Shown here: one piece after another, positions 20,407-29,957 of the stretch | Numbering within the stretch: the stretch's first letter is position 1 | How the letters are laid out: each line of letters begins with the position of its first letter | Source: Cyanobium sp. PLM2.Bin73 | Lineage (GTDB): Bacteria > Cyanobacteriota > Cyanobacteriia > PCC-6307 > Cyanobiaceae | Assembly: GCA_007694915.1 (NCBI GenBank) | Contig: REEV01000106.1 | Span: forward strand, 23,077 to 87,076 | Length of the DNA: 64,000 nt | Direction of reading: 5' to 3' | Program-made: the position numbers and the translations under genes | Notes under the pieces: model-generated | What the model was told of the DNA's origin: nothing | Databases searched by the model: none | The model's input: only the letters and a program-made list of their open reading frames with translations

Positions 20407-20680
20407 CAGAACAGCGACGAGGGAACCAGGGTGACGATCAGCGGGCGGGCGGCGTCAGGCGGCTGCCAGGGAGGGGCGGCTGCGGCCCGCCAGCAGCTGC
20501 CAGACCAGCAGGCCGTAGCTGAGGCCGCGGGCGGCACTGACCACCGCCAGCAGCATGCAGAGGGGGCAATGGGTGAGAGACATCGATCCCCCGGCAGATG
20601 TATCCCAACCCTGGCAGAGCCGGGAGGGCAGCGGTGGCTGCTGAAATGAACTCCGGACCGCTCACTGTTGGAGACCCCCT

Positions 20681-22375
20681 GTGCTGCGGCTGAGCGAGCT
20701 GAAGCTGCCCCTCGACCACGCCGAAGCCGACCTGGCGGCGGCCATCTGCCGGCGGCTGCGCCTGCGGCCGGAGCAGCTGCACCGTCACCTGCTGGTGAAG
20801 CGCAGCGTCGATGCCCGCAAGGCCGGGGCGATCCAGCTGGTGTACAGCCTGGATCTGGAGCTCGATCCCGCCGCTGAAGCCCGGCTGCGGCGGCGCTGCG
20901 GCAGCGATCCCCACCTGCGCCCCAGCCCCGATGAGCACTACGAGCTGCCCCTGAAGCTGGAGCCGGGGGAGGCCCCGGACCCCAGGCCGGTGGTGGTGGG
21001 GGCCGGCCCCTGCGGCTATTTCGCCGCCCTGATGCTGGCCCGCATGGGCCTGCGTCCCCTGCTGCTGGAGCGGGGCCAGCCGGTGAAGCAGCGCAGCGCC
21101 GACACCTTCGGCTTCTGGAAGGGGCAGCGCCCGTTTGATCCGGAGTCGAACGCCCAGTTCGGCGAAGGCGGAGCCGGCACCTTCTCGGACGGCAAGCTCT
21201 ACAGCCAGGTGAGCGAGGCCCGGGCGATCGTGCGCCGGGTGCTGGAGGAGCTGGTGGCGGCCGGGGCCAACCCCGAGATCCTCACCCTGCACAGGCCCCA
21301 CATCGGCACCTTCAAACTGGCCACGGTGGTGCGCGGCCTGCGCCGTGCCATCGAGAGCCTCGGCGGCGAGGTGTGGTTCGGCTGCCGGGTGAGCGGCCTG
21401 GAGCTCGATCCCGCCGGCCGCCAGGTGGGGGCGGTGCTGCTGGCCGATGGCCGGCGCCTGAGCGCCCGGGCGGTGGTGCTGGCCGTGGGCCACAGCGCCC
21501 GCGACACCTTCGCCTGGCTCCGGCAGGCGGGCGTGGCGATGGAGGCCAAGCCGTTCGCGGTGGGGCTGCGCATCGAGCACCCCCAGCAGCTGATCGATCG
21601 CGCCCGCTGGGGCGAGCAGGCGGGCCACCCCCGGCTGGGGGCGGCCGAATACAAGCTGGTGCACCACTGCCGGGCGCCGGAGCTAGCCGGGCGCACGGCC
21701 TACAGCTTCTGCATGTGCCCCGGCGGGCTGGTGGTGGGCGCCACCTCGGAGGAGGGGGCGGTGGTGACCAACGGCATGAGCCAGCACTCGCGCAACGAGC
21801 GCAACGCCAACAGCGGCCTGGTGGTGAACGTGGAGCTGGCCGACCTGGAGCCCTACGGGGCAGGGCCCGGCGATCCCCTGGCGGGGGTGGCCTTCCAACG
21901 CCACTGGGAGGCGAAGGCCTTCGTGGCCGGCGGCCGCAGCCTGCGGGCCCCGGCCCAGCGTGTCGACGACTTCCTGGCCGGCCGGCCCAGCGTGGCCGGC
22001 GCGGCCGGTGTGGTGCCCTCCTACCAACCGGGGGTGGTGTTCACCGATCTGGGGGCCTGCCTGCCCCCCTTCGTGGTGGCGGCCCTGCGGGAGGCCCTGC
22101 CCGCCTTCGAGCGGCGCATCCCCGGCTTCTGCCGCGGCGATGCGCTGCTCACCGGCGTGGAGACGCGCACCTCCTCACCGGTCCGGCTGCCGCGGGACGC
22201 CACCAGCCTGCAGTCACTGAACACACCGGGGCTGTTCCCCGCCGGCGAGGGTGCCGGCTACGCCGGCGGCATCCTCTCGGCGGCGATCGACGGCATCAAG
22301 GTGGCCGAGCAGGTGGCCCGGTGGGTCACGCAGTGGGCTGCGGCCCCTGGCCACACTGGAGATCTTCAGCGATGA
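20681..22375 (+). CDS. FAD-dependent dehydrogenase (COG2509-type)
   Basis: GTG start (MLRLSELKLPLDH...). The dinucleotide motif is VVVGAGPCGYFAALMLARMGLRPLLLERG, and the tail GEGAGYAGGILSAAIDG is typical of this family. Confidence 0.8.
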   Translation: MLRLSELKLPLDHAEADLAAAICRRLRLRPEQLHRHLLVKRSVDARKAGAIQLVYSLDLELDPAAEARLRRRCGSDPHLRPSPDEHYELPLKLEPGEAPDPRPVVVGAGPCGYFAALMLARMGLRPLLLERGQPVKQRSADTFGFWKGQRPFDPESNAQFGEGGAGTFSDGKLYSQVSEARAIVRRVLEELVAAGANPEILTLHRPHIGTFKLATVVRGLRRAIESLGGEVWFGCRVSGLELDPAGRQVGAVLLADGRRLSARAVVLAVGHSARDTFAWLRQAGVAMEAKPFAVGLRIEHPQQLIDRARWGEQAGHPRLGAAEYKLVHHCRAPELAGRTAYSFCMCPGGLVVGATSEEGAVVTNGMSQHSRNERNANSGLVVNVELADLEPYGAGPGDPLAGVAFQRHWEAKAFVAGGRSLRAPAQRVDDFLAGRPSVAGAAGVVPSYQPGVVFTDLGACLPPFVVAALREALPAFERRIPGFCRGDALLTGVETRTSSPVRLPRDATSLQSLNTPGLFPAGEGAGYAGGILSAAIDGIKVAEQVARWVTQWAAAPGHTGDLQR

Positions 22376-22384
22376 CAGCACGCC

Positions 22385-24079
22385 GTGCAGGTGCTGTGGT
22401 TCCGGCGTGATCTGCGCCTCGACGATCACCCGGCCCTGATCGAGGCCTGCAGCCGCGGAGCGGTGCTGCCCCTGTTCATCCTCGACCCCCACCTGCTGCA
22501 CCACCCGGAAACGGCCCCGGCCCGGGTGGCCTTCATGCTCGCCTGCCTGCGGGCCCTGGACAGTGACCTGCGCGCCCGCGGCTCGCGGCTGCTGGTGCGC
22601 CACGGTGAACCGGCCGCGGTGCTCATGGCACTGGTGCGGCAGATGGGGGCCAGCGGGGTGGTGGCCCATGTGGACAGCGAGCGGCTGGTGGGCCGGGTGC
22701 GCGATGGCCGTGTGGAGCGGGCCCTGGCCGCCGCCGGCATTCCCCTGCACTGGGTGGAACCACCGGGAGCCTGCCCTGAGCTGCTGGCCTACCCCGACTA
22801 CCGCCACTTCTGGCACGGCCAGATGGCCGTAGAACCGCTCCCCGCCCCCGGCCACATCGCCACGCCGCCCCCAGCCGGGACGGACCGGGACCAGGCCACG
22901 GGCGCCCCGCCGGAGCTGGCGGACCTGGGACTGCGCGGCGACGGCAAACCGATCCCCGCCGCCGGCACGGCCGCGGCCCTGGAGCGGCTGCAGCAGTTCT
23001 GCGCCGGCGGCGCCGCCGACCGCTACTTCTGGCAGCTGAGCCAGCCCTCGGCGCGGGTGACCACCGGCCTGGGGCCCTACCTGAAATTTGGCGTGCTCAG
23101 CCATCGCCGGGTGCTGCACACCATCGCCGGCCTGCGCCAGGGCGGCGCCGGCGAGCGCCGCAGCTGGCGGCAGCTGGTGAGCCGCCTGCGCTGGGGCGCC
23201 GGCATGGCCCAGCGCTTCCGCTACCTGCCCCAGCTGGAAGTCGTCCCTCTCTGGCAGTGCTACGGGAGCGCCAGCGCCAGCCTCAGTGCCGAGCAGGAGG
23301 AGCTGTATGCGGCCTGGCAGAGCGGCCACACCGGCTTTCCGATCGTGGATGCCGCCAGCCGCTGCCTGCTCGCCGGCGGCGGCTGGCTGGATCTCAACTT
23401 CCGCAGCCGGGCCATCCACGCCAGCTTCCTCACCAACCTCTGCGGTATCGACTGGCGCTACGGCGCCCTCCACTACATGCGCCACCTGATCGATGGCGAC
23501 TGCTGCATCGACCACTACCAGTGGGCCATGCAGGCCGGCGTCACCGCCCCGGGCGGCGGCCGGGGCGGCGGCTGGAGCCGCATCTATCACCCGGGCCAGA
23601 CGGCGGTGGAACGCTGCGATCCCCAGGGCGTGTTCATCCGCCGCTGGCTGCCGGAGCTGGGCGATCTCACCAACGACCAGCTGGGCAGCCCGCCCCCCAT
23701 GGCCGCCTATCCCCGACCCCTGCTGGACTACGACCGTGCCCGGCGCCGCTGCTTGGCCCGGCTGGCCGCCCAGCGGCAACACTGGCGCCCCCACGGCTTC
23801 AGCCCCCTGCCCGCAGATCTCACCCCGTTCGGAGCCGGGCGGATCGAGGGCAGCGCCGTGGACTGGGCACGGGAGCACGCCCCCCAGCTCCATCCCGCCG
23901 CCCTGCCGCTGGAGCAGCTGGATGGCCCGGCCCTGCGGGATCTGGCCAGCTGGTTCGGCCCCAGCCGCAGTCTCCAGCCCCGGGCCGCCCGGCCACCGGC
24001 CCGCGCCAGTGGCGGCAGGAGGGGGCGGCGCCGCGCTGGCAGGGATGGCGACGCCACCCAACTGGAGCTGTGGAGCTGA
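22385..24079 (+). CDS. Photolyase/cryptochrome-family flavoprotein with an Arg-rich C-terminal tail
   Basis: It has the N-terminal VLWFRRDLRLDDHPAL and the FAD-domain pattern HTGFPIVDAASRCLL..GWLDLNFRSRAIHASFL...DHYQWAMQAG. Confidence 0.8.
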   Translation: MQVLWFRRDLRLDDHPALIEACSRGAVLPLFILDPHLLHHPETAPARVAFMLACLRALDSDLRARGSRLLVRHGEPAAVLMALVRQMGASGVVAHVDSERLVGRVRDGRVERALAAAGIPLHWVEPPGACPELLAYPDYRHFWHGQMAVEPLPAPGHIATPPPAGTDRDQATGAPPELADLGLRGDGKPIPAAGTAAALERLQQFCAGGAADRYFWQLSQPSARVTTGLGPYLKFGVLSHRRVLHTIAGLRQGGAGERRSWRQLVSRLRWGAGMAQRFRYLPQLEVVPLWQCYGSASASLSAEQEELYAAWQSGHTGFPIVDAASRCLLAGGGWLDLNFRSRAIHASFLTNLCGIDWRYGALHYMRHLIDGDCCIDHYQWAMQAGVTAPGGGRGGGWSRIYHPGQTAVERCDPQGVFIRRWLPELGDLTNDQLGSPPPMAAYPRPLLDYDRARRRCLARLAAQRQHWRPHGFSPLPADLTPFGAGRIEGSAVDWAREHAPQLHPAALPLEQLDGPALRDLASWFGPSRSLQPRAARPPARASGGRRGRRRAGRDGDATQLELWS

Positions 24080-24091
24080 GCTGGCAGACCC

Positions 24092-24895
24092 TCAGGCCTG
24101 GGAGACGATGCCGCTCCACTGCACCGCCTTCACCTGATCCCGTCGCCAGGAGTGGAACAGCTCCGGTTCCGCCACGGTGCACAGGGGGCAGGCGCTGATG
24201 GACTCCTCGGCCACCCCCAGCTGCACCAGCTGCAGGCGGGCCGCTGCCCTGATGTCGAGCCGCTCCCGCCCGGGGGCGGTGTCAGGGAGGAGGGCTCCGG
24301 CCTGGCGCAGGGCCTCCAGGGCGGCCTCGCCGGCAGTGCCGGGGAGGGCGGCGGCCACCTGGGCGCTCACCACCGGCTCCACCTGGTAGCGCTCGCCGCT
24401 CACGGCCGGCCCCAGGGCCGCACGCAGATCGACGCGGCGGCTGCCCGCCGCCTCGAGGCTCTCCACCGCCTTGGCCAGGATGGCGCCCGCAACCCCGCGC
24501 CAGCCCGCGTGGCAGGCGGCCACGGCCCCGCGCACCGGGTCGGCCAGGAGCACCGGCGTGCAATCAGCCCCGCACACCCACAGGCTCTGGCCGCCGCCGT
24601 CGCTGCGGAGGCCGTCGGCCTCGGGCCAGGGGGCCTGGCTGGCCGCTGAGGCCGGCAGCACGGCGTTGCCATGCACCTGCCGGGGCCGGTGCACGCTCAC
24701 CCCGGCACTGAGGTAGCCGGCCAGCACCTCCGGCTCCCGTCCCTGCCACTGGCGGGTGAAGAAGCCGTGCTCAAAGTCGGCCAGCAGATCGGCCTGCAGG
24801 TAGTAGCCGCCGTAGCAGCCCACCCAGGTCCAGCCGGGCAGGTCGTTGAAGCCCACGTCGGGGCGGTCGAAGGGGGGATCGACAGCCTCGGCCAT
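24092..24895 (-). CDS. pgeF: PgeF/YfiH-family purine-nucleoside / polyphenol oxidase-like protein
   Basis: ATG at 24895 (MAEAVDPPFDRP...). The conserved motifs are VHRPRQVHGNAV, ACHAGWRG and CTV...FHSWRRD. Confidence 0.8.
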   Translation of the reverse strand: MAEAVDPPFDRPDVGFNDLPGWTWVGCYGGYYLQADLLADFEHGFFTRQWQGREPEVLAGYLSAGVSVHRPRQVHGNAVLPASAASQAPWPEADGLRSDGGGQSLWVCGADCTPVLLADPVRGAVAACHAGWRGVAGAILAKAVESLEAAGSRRVDLRAALGPAVSGERYQVEPVVSAQVAAALPGTAGEAALEALRQAGALLPDTAPGRERLDIRAAARLQLVQLGVAEESISACPLCTVAEPELFHSWRRDQVKAVQWSGIVSQA

Positions 24896-24896
24896 G

Positions 24897-25802
24897 TCAG
24901 GCGTCGGGGAGATCGCGCAGCAGCCAGAAGCCCTCGAAACGCTGGTCGCTGTCGCTTCCCTGCACGGCGAGGAACTGCAGCCCCCCCGCCTGCTCGCGGG
25001 CCCTGGCGAAGGCGGCTCTGGCGGCTTCCGCTTCATCGGCGGCCAGGGAACCGAGCAGCCAGCGGTCCTCCAGACCCGCTTCCAGCACCAGCTTGTCGGC
25101 CTCGATCTCCAGCCGCACCGGCTCCAGCCCCGCCAGCCAGCCGGCGATGGCCAGGGCCCGGACCGCCCCGAACAGGCGGATGCCCGGCACGGCCGCCTCG
25201 GGATCGGCGCCCTCGGGCAGGGGCACCAGGGAGGCGAAGGCCGCATCCCAGCCGGCGGCTCCCGCCAGCACGTCCAGGGGCAGGCTCGCCCATGACCAGC
25301 TCTGACCCCGGGCCGCTTCCGGCAGGGGCACGGGCACCGGCCGGATCGCCGCCGGCGGCGGGGCCAGGGGACCGGCCATGTAGCCCGCTTCGCCGGGGTA
25401 CACCTCCCGTTCCCGCTCCTGCAGCCAGTTCACCAGGGCGTAGGTGCGGCGGCTGGGCACCAGCTCCAGGCCCAGGCCCTCAGCCGCGCGCTGCACCATG
25501 GTGCGCATCGAAGCCCGCCAGCAGCGCAACCGGCGGGGCATCCCCAGGCCACTGGCCTCGGCTTCGGCGAGCGCCTGCTCGAGGGCCTCCCGCAGCCAGA
25601 TGGAGTTGACACTGGCCGCCGGGCAGGCGCGCAGCCAGCGGAACTCCGGCCCCAGCTGGCGCCCGTCCGGGCCGACGTCGGGGGTGGAGCAGATCAGCAG
25701 CTCCCAGCGTTTCTTGCCGTCGGGTTCGAGGATGGGGCGGGAATAGAAGTCGAGCTCCCAGTCCGGTGCCAGCACCCGGTTCGACACGGGGATCGCCATC
25801 AT
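24897..25802 (-). CDS. Tab2/ATAB2-family (DUF1092) RNA-binding protein
   Basis: The N-terminus, DWELDFYSRPILEPDGKKRWELLICSTPD, is the hallmark of the Tab2 family. Its start overlaps the stop of the upstream S1-domain gene, and its own stop is 1 nt from the pgeF start. Confidence 0.7.
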   Translation of the reverse strand: MMAIPVSNRVLAPDWELDFYSRPILEPDGKKRWELLICSTPDVGPDGRQLGPEFRWLRACPAASVNSIWLREALEQALAEAEASGLGMPRRLRCWRASMRTMVQRAAEGLGLELVPSRRTYALVNWLQEREREVYPGEAGYMAGPLAPPPAAIRPVPVPLPEAARGQSWSWASLPLDVLAGAAGWDAAFASLVPLPEGADPEAAVPGIRLFGAVRALAIAGWLAGLEPVRLEIEADKLVLEAGLEDRWLLGSLAADEAEAARAAFARAREQAGGLQFLAVQGSDSDQRFEGFWLLRDLPDA

Positions 25803-27112
25803 CCGGCCTGCTGCTCCTGCTGGCGCAGCAGCGAGCGGGCACGGTGGGCACGGTCCTCGGCCTCCGCCATCACCCTCTGGCGATCCACCAGCAGCTCGCC
25901 GGGTTCGCCCTCCAGCAGGGCGGTGTTGAGGGCGATGCGGCCCCGGCCCGGATCGAGGCTGGTGACCAGGGCCTTGAGGTGATCCCCCTGGTCGAACACC
26001 TCGCGCAGGGAGCGCAGCTGGCCGCCGGTGATGCAGCTCTGGTGCAGCAGGCCGCTCACGCCCCCCAGATCCACGAACAGGCCGTAGGGCTTGACCCCCG
26101 CCACCACGCCCTCCACCAACTGACCCACCTCCAGTTGCGAGAAGCGGGCGGCGGTGGCTGCGCGCTTCTCAGAGAGCACGAGCTTGCGGGTTTCGGGATT
26201 CACCTCCAGGAAGGTGACGCCGAGGGTGCGGCCCACCAGGGCCTCGTGGTTGTCGCCCTCCAGCAGCTGGGAGCGGGGCACGAACCCGCGCAGCCCCTCC
26301 AGGTCGCAGGTCACCCCGCCGCGGTTGAAGCCATTCACCTTCACCTGCACCACCCGGCCCTCCTTCTCCATGGCCCGCACCGTCTCCCAGCTCTGGCGCA
26401 GGGCCAGGGCGCGGGCGCTCACGGTCACCATGCCGTCGGCGTTCTGCTCGCGGGTGACGAGCACCTCCACCTCCAGCCCCAGCGGGAAGCGCTCCTTGAG
26501 GTTGGTGATCACCCCCAGCCCGCTCTCCTTCTTGGGCATGAAGCCGGGAGCCTTGCCGCCGATGTCCACATACACACCATCGCCCTCCAGACCCACCACC
26601 GTGCCGCGCACCACCTCGCCGGCGCTGCCCACGAAATCCTGCTCATCCAGGGCGGCCAGAAAGGCCTCCTCATCGAAGTCGAAGTCGTCGACGCTGCGAG
26701 ACACCACAGCGGCGGAACTGGCCGCGGAGCTGCGGGGGGCGCCGGAGGCACGGGAACGGCCACTGCCGGGGTCGGGGCCCAGCAGGTCGGCCATCGTCAG
26801 CCCCTCGAGCGAGCCCATGCCGAAGCGGTCCTCGTCGGAGCCCTGGGGTGCGCGGGCCGCAGGCGCGAGCGGGGCCGTGGGCGCAGCCGGTGCCGTGGGC
26901 GCAGCCGGTGCCGTGGGCGCGGCGGCTGCCCGCGGCTGGGCATCGGCGCCAGCAGCGCTGACGGCCAGATCGTCGGCGCTGACGGGATCGTCCTTCTTAA
27001 TCATCAGCACCTGGGGGGGCCTGCGCACCGGCGGAGATGCCTGGGGACGGGCGGAACCGGGAGGCACGGGGCGAGCGGAGGACGGGGGCGGTTGCTTGCC
27101 GGATCCGGCCAT
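25799..27112 (-). CDS. S1-domain RNA-binding protein (ribosomal protein S1 paralogue) with a low-complexity N-terminus
   Basis: It has three S1/OB repeats (GTVVGLEGDGVYVDIGGKAPGFMP; VNGFNRGGVTCDLEGLRGFVP; GVVAGVKPYGLFVDLGGVSGLLH). Possible starts are ATG at 27112, GTG at 27118 and ATG at 27004. Confidence 0.85.
   Translation of the reverse strand: MAGSGKQPPPSSARPVPPGSARPQASPPVRRPPQVLMIKKDDPVSADDLAVSAAGADAQPRAAAAPTAPAAPTAPAAPTAPLAPAARAPQGSDEDRFGMGSLEGLTMADLLGPDPGSGRSRASGAPRSSAASSAAVVSRSVDDFDFDEEAFLAALDEQDFVGSAGEVVRGTVVGLEGDGVYVDIGGKAPGFMPKKESGLGVITNLKERFPLGLEVEVLVTREQNADGMVTVSARALALRQSWETVRAMEKEGRVVQVKVNGFNRGGVTCDLEGLRGFVPRSQLLEGDNHEALVGRTLGVTFLEVNPETRKLVLSEKRAATAARFSQLEVGQLVEGVVAGVKPYGLFVDLGGVSGLLHQSCITGGQLRSLREVFDQGDHLKALVTSLDPGRGRIALNTALLEGEPGELLVDRQRVMAEAEDRAHRARSLLRQQEQQAG
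26874..26920. repeat. In-frame 18-bp tandem repeat (about 2.6 copies) inside the S1-domain gene
   Basis: GCCGTGGGCGCAGCCGGT is repeated on the plus strand. On the coding (minus) strand it encodes (APTAPA)n within ...AAAPTAPAAPTAPAAPTAPLAPAA... Confidence 0.8.
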
Positions 27113-27162
27113 CGGCACCTCGGGCTGAGAGCTTCACACTGTAGAGATCGGATCTGGATCCC

Positions 27163-27981
27163 ATGCCGCCTCAGCGCCAGCTCGCCCACCTCGCCTGGCC
27201 CCAGGTGCGGGAGGCGGCGGAACGTCCGGGCAGCACGGTGGTGTGGCCCTGGGGGGCGGTGGAGCAGCACGGCCCCCAGCTGCCGCTGGCCACTGATGGT
27301 CTGTTCGCTGAACGGCTGCTGGACGCGGTGCTCGAGGAACTGGAGGAGCAGCAGCCGATCTGGCGCCTGCCGCTGCAGCCGATCGGCTTCTCCCCCGAAC
27401 ACCTGGGCTTCGCCGGCAGCCTCAGCCTGCCCCCTGAGCTGGTGATCGCCACGGTGTGCAGCGTCGGCCGGCAGCTGGCCGACTGCGGCTTCCAGCGGCT
27501 GGTGCTGTTCAACGCCCATGGCGGTCAGATCGCCCTGCTGCAGTGCGCTGCGCGGCAGCTGCGCCAGCAGGTGCCCGCCCTTGCCGTGCTGCCCTGCTTC
27601 CTCTGGAGCGGAATCGACGGGCTGGCCGAGCTGCTGCCGGCGGCGGAGCGGGAGGCCGGCCTCCATGCCGGACTGGCGGAAACCAGCCTGATGCTCCACC
27701 TGGCGCCGGAGCTGGTGGGGCCGCAGCGTCCCTGCGACGGCCAGGCGGCAACCCCACCGGCGGGCTGGAGCCTGGAGGGGAGCGCCCCCTGTGCCTGGCT
27801 CACCAGCGATCTGAGCGGCACGGGGGTGGTGGGCGATGCCCGGGGCTCCGATCCCGCCCTGGGCCAGGCTCTGGCTGAGCGACTGGTGCAGGCCTGGCGG
27901 CGACGCTTCGAGAGCCTGCTGGCCAGCAGCTGGCCACCCGGGTGTGCGATCCGCACCCCGGAACCGCCTGAAATCGGATGA
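27163..27981 (+). CDS. Creatininase-family amidohydrolase
   Basis: [20 protein letters not shown] and LFNAHGGQ are typical of the creatinine amidohydrolase / FAPy deformylase family. Confidence 0.8.
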   Translation: MPPQRQLAHLAWPQVREAAERPGSTVVWPWGAVEQHGPQLPLATDGLFAERLLDAVLEELEEQQPIWRLPLQPIGFSPEHLGFAGSLSLPPELVIATVCSVGRQLADCGFQRLVLFNAHGGQIALLQCAARQLRQQVPALAVLPCFLWSGIDGLAELLPAAEREAGLHAGLAETSLMLHLAPELVGPQRPCDGQAATPPAGWSLEGSAPCAWLTSDLSGTGVVGDARGSDPALGQALAERLVQAWRRRFESLLASSWPPGCAIRTPEPPEIG

Positions 27982-28025
27982 CGCTGGTTACAGTCCGAAG
28001 ATTCGATTCCAGCGCTGCGTCCACC

Positions 28026-28784
28026 ATGGTGATGCTTTCCCCCAACACCCCTGCCGCAGATCAGGACGCGCAACAGGGCGGCGGCGGCCCCGCCGGCGGA
28101 GAAGCGCTGGCGGGTCTGCCCGACTTCACCACGGACAGCTACAAGGACGCCTACAGCCGCATCAACGCGATCGTGCTGGAGGGCGAACAGGAAGCCCACG
28201 ACAACTACATCGCCCTCGGCACCCTGATCAGCGACCAGGCCGAAGAGCTGGCCCGGCTGGCCCGCATGGAGCTCAAGCACAAGAAGGGCTTCACCGCCTG
28301 CGCCAACAACCTGGGCGTGACGGCTGACATGGCATTCGCCCGCGAATTCTTCGCCCCCCTGCATAACAACTTTCAGCAGGCCCTGGCGGAAGGCAAGGTG
28401 ACCACCTGCCTGCTGATCCAGGCCATCCTGATCGAGGCCTTCGCCATCTCGGCTTATCACATCTACATTCCTGTCGCCGATCCCTTCGCCCGCAAGATCA
28501 CCGAAGGCGTGGTGAAGGATGAGTACACCCACCTCAACTACGGCCAGGAATGGCTTAAGGCCAACCTCGAAACGGTGCGCGAGGAGCTGATGCAGGCCAA
28601 CCGTGACAACCTGCCCCTGGTTCGGCGCATGCTCGAACAGGTGGCCGCCGATGCCGCCGTGCTGCACATGGAGCAGGAGGATCTGATGGCCGACTTCCTC
28701 AGCTGCTATCAGGAAACCCTGATGGAGATCGGCCTCAGCAGCCGCGAGATTGCGCGGATGGCCGCCTCGGCGCTCACCGCCTGA
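28026..28784 (+). CDS. ado: Aldehyde-deformylating oxygenase (alkane biosynthesis)
   Basis: [23 protein letters not shown]..., [27 protein letters not shown] and [11 protein letters not shown] give full-length identity-level resemblance to cyanobacterial ADO, including the di-iron EX(n)EXXH ligands. The start is ATG at 28026. Confidence 0.92.
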   Translation: MVMLSPNTPAADQDAQQGGGGPAGGEALAGLPDFTTDSYKDAYSRINAIVLEGEQEAHDNYIALGTLISDQAEELARLARMELKHKKGFTACANNLGVTADMAFAREFFAPLHNNFQQALAEGKVTTCLLIQAILIEAFAISAYHIYIPVADPFARKITEGVVKDEYTHLNYGQEWLKANLETVREELMQANRDNLPLVRRMLEQVAADAAVLHMEQEDLMADFLSCYQETLMEIGLSSREIARMAASALTA

Positions 28785-28801
28785 TCGTCCCCAGTCCGGG
28801 T

Positions 28802-28833
28802 CCCTGGCGGACCGTGGCCCTGGCAGACCGTGG
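28802..28833. repeat. Tandem 16-bp direct repeat in the ado-aar intergenic spacer
   Basis: CCCTGGCGGACCGTGG is followed directly by CCCTGGCAGACCGTGG (one mismatch). The pair lies 18 nt after the ado stop and 38 nt before the aar ATG. Confidence 0.8.
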
Positions 28834-28870
28834 GAGGATGTAGCGTCCGCCACATCTGCCAACCTGCCGC

Positions 28871-29920
28871 ATGTTCGGCCTGATCGGTCACTCCACCAGT
28901 TTCGAGGAGGCCCGCCACAAGGCCCGCACCCTGGGATACGACGCCTTCGCCGATGGCGATCTGGACATGTGGTGCGCAGCCCCGCCCCAGTTGGTGGAGC
29001 GCATCACCGTCACCAGCCCGACGGGCAAGAGCATCGAGGGGGCCTACATCGATTCGGTGTTCGTGCCGGAGATGCTGCGCCGCTTCAAAACGGCCAAGCG
29101 CAAGGTGCTCAAGGCCATGGAACTGGCCCAGCGCTGCGGCATCGACATCACCGCCCTGGGCGGCTTCACCTCGATCATCTTCGAGGACATGAACCTGCTG
29201 CGCGAACAGCGGGTGAGCGCCGTGGAACTCGACTGGCAGCGCTTCACCACGGGCAACACCCACACCGCCTGGGTGATCTGCCAGCAGGTGGAAACCAACG
29301 CCCCCCGGCTGGGTATCGATCTGAGCAAGGCCAGGGTGGCCGTAGTGGGCGCCACCGGAGACATCGGCAGCGCCGTCTGCCGCTGGCTGCAGCGTCGGGG
29401 CGTTGGTGAACTGCTGCTGGTGGCACGCCGGCCCCAACCCCTGGCGGAGCTCCGCGACAGCCTCGGGGAAGGCCGCGTTCTGGCCCTCGACGAGGCCCTG
29501 GCTGAAGCCGACGTGGTGGTGTGGGTGGCCAGCCTGCCCCAGAGCCTCGAGATCGACAGCGCCCGCTTGCCCAGGCCCTGCCTGATGATCGACGGCGGCT
29601 ACCCCAAGAATCTCGACAGCAAGGCCGCCGCACCGGGTGTGCACGTGCTCAAGGGCGGCATCGTGGAGTTCTGGCAGGACATCGGCTGGCAGATGATGGA
29701 AGTGGCGGAGATGGCCGTGCCCCAGCGCCAGATGTTCGCCTGCTTCGCCGAGGCGATCCTGCTCGACTTCGAGCAACTGCACACCAACTTCAGCTGGGGC
29801 CGCAACAACATCACCCTCGAAGCCATGGACCGTATCGGTGCCGCCTCCCTGCGCCACGGCTTCAAGGCGCTGGAGCTGGCGCCGGCGGATCAGCCAGCCC
29901 CGGCGCTGGCCAGCGCCTGA
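28871..29920 (+). CDS. aar: Acyl-ACP reductase (alkane biosynthesis)
   Basis: [18 protein letters not shown]..., [10 protein letters not shown] and the CFAEAILL region give full-length resemblance to cyanobacterial AAR. It lies directly downstream of ado. Confidence 0.92.
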   Translation: MFGLIGHSTSFEEARHKARTLGYDAFADGDLDMWCAAPPQLVERITVTSPTGKSIEGAYIDSVFVPEMLRRFKTAKRKVLKAMELAQRCGIDITALGGFTSIIFEDMNLLREQRVSAVELDWQRFTTGNTHTAWVICQQVETNAPRLGIDLSKARVAVVGATGDIGSAVCRWLQRRGVGELLLVARRPQPLAELRDSLGEGRVLALDEALAEADVVVWVASLPQSLEIDSARLPRPCLMIDGGYPKNLDSKAAAPGVHVLKGGIVEFWQDIGWQMMEVAEMAVPQRQMFACFAEAILLDFEQLHTNFSWGRNNITLEAMDRIGAASLRHGFKALELAPADQPAPALASA

Positions 29921-29957
29921 GACGCCACCCTCCTGTTCTCCCGCCTGCTGCCACCCC

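Noticed and set aside
22214-24061. A 615-aa minus-strand ORF antisense to the photolyase-family gene. Similar long antisense ORFs occur at 244..1740, 6016..7710, 10017..12086, 14930..16288, 20438..21667, 44688..46079, 51121..53190, 56004..57758 and 62543..63468.
   Set aside because: All are antisense to, or out of frame with, recognisable conserved genes. All have Ala/Gly/Arg/Pro-dominated composition and lack motifs. They are expected by chance at this G+C content.
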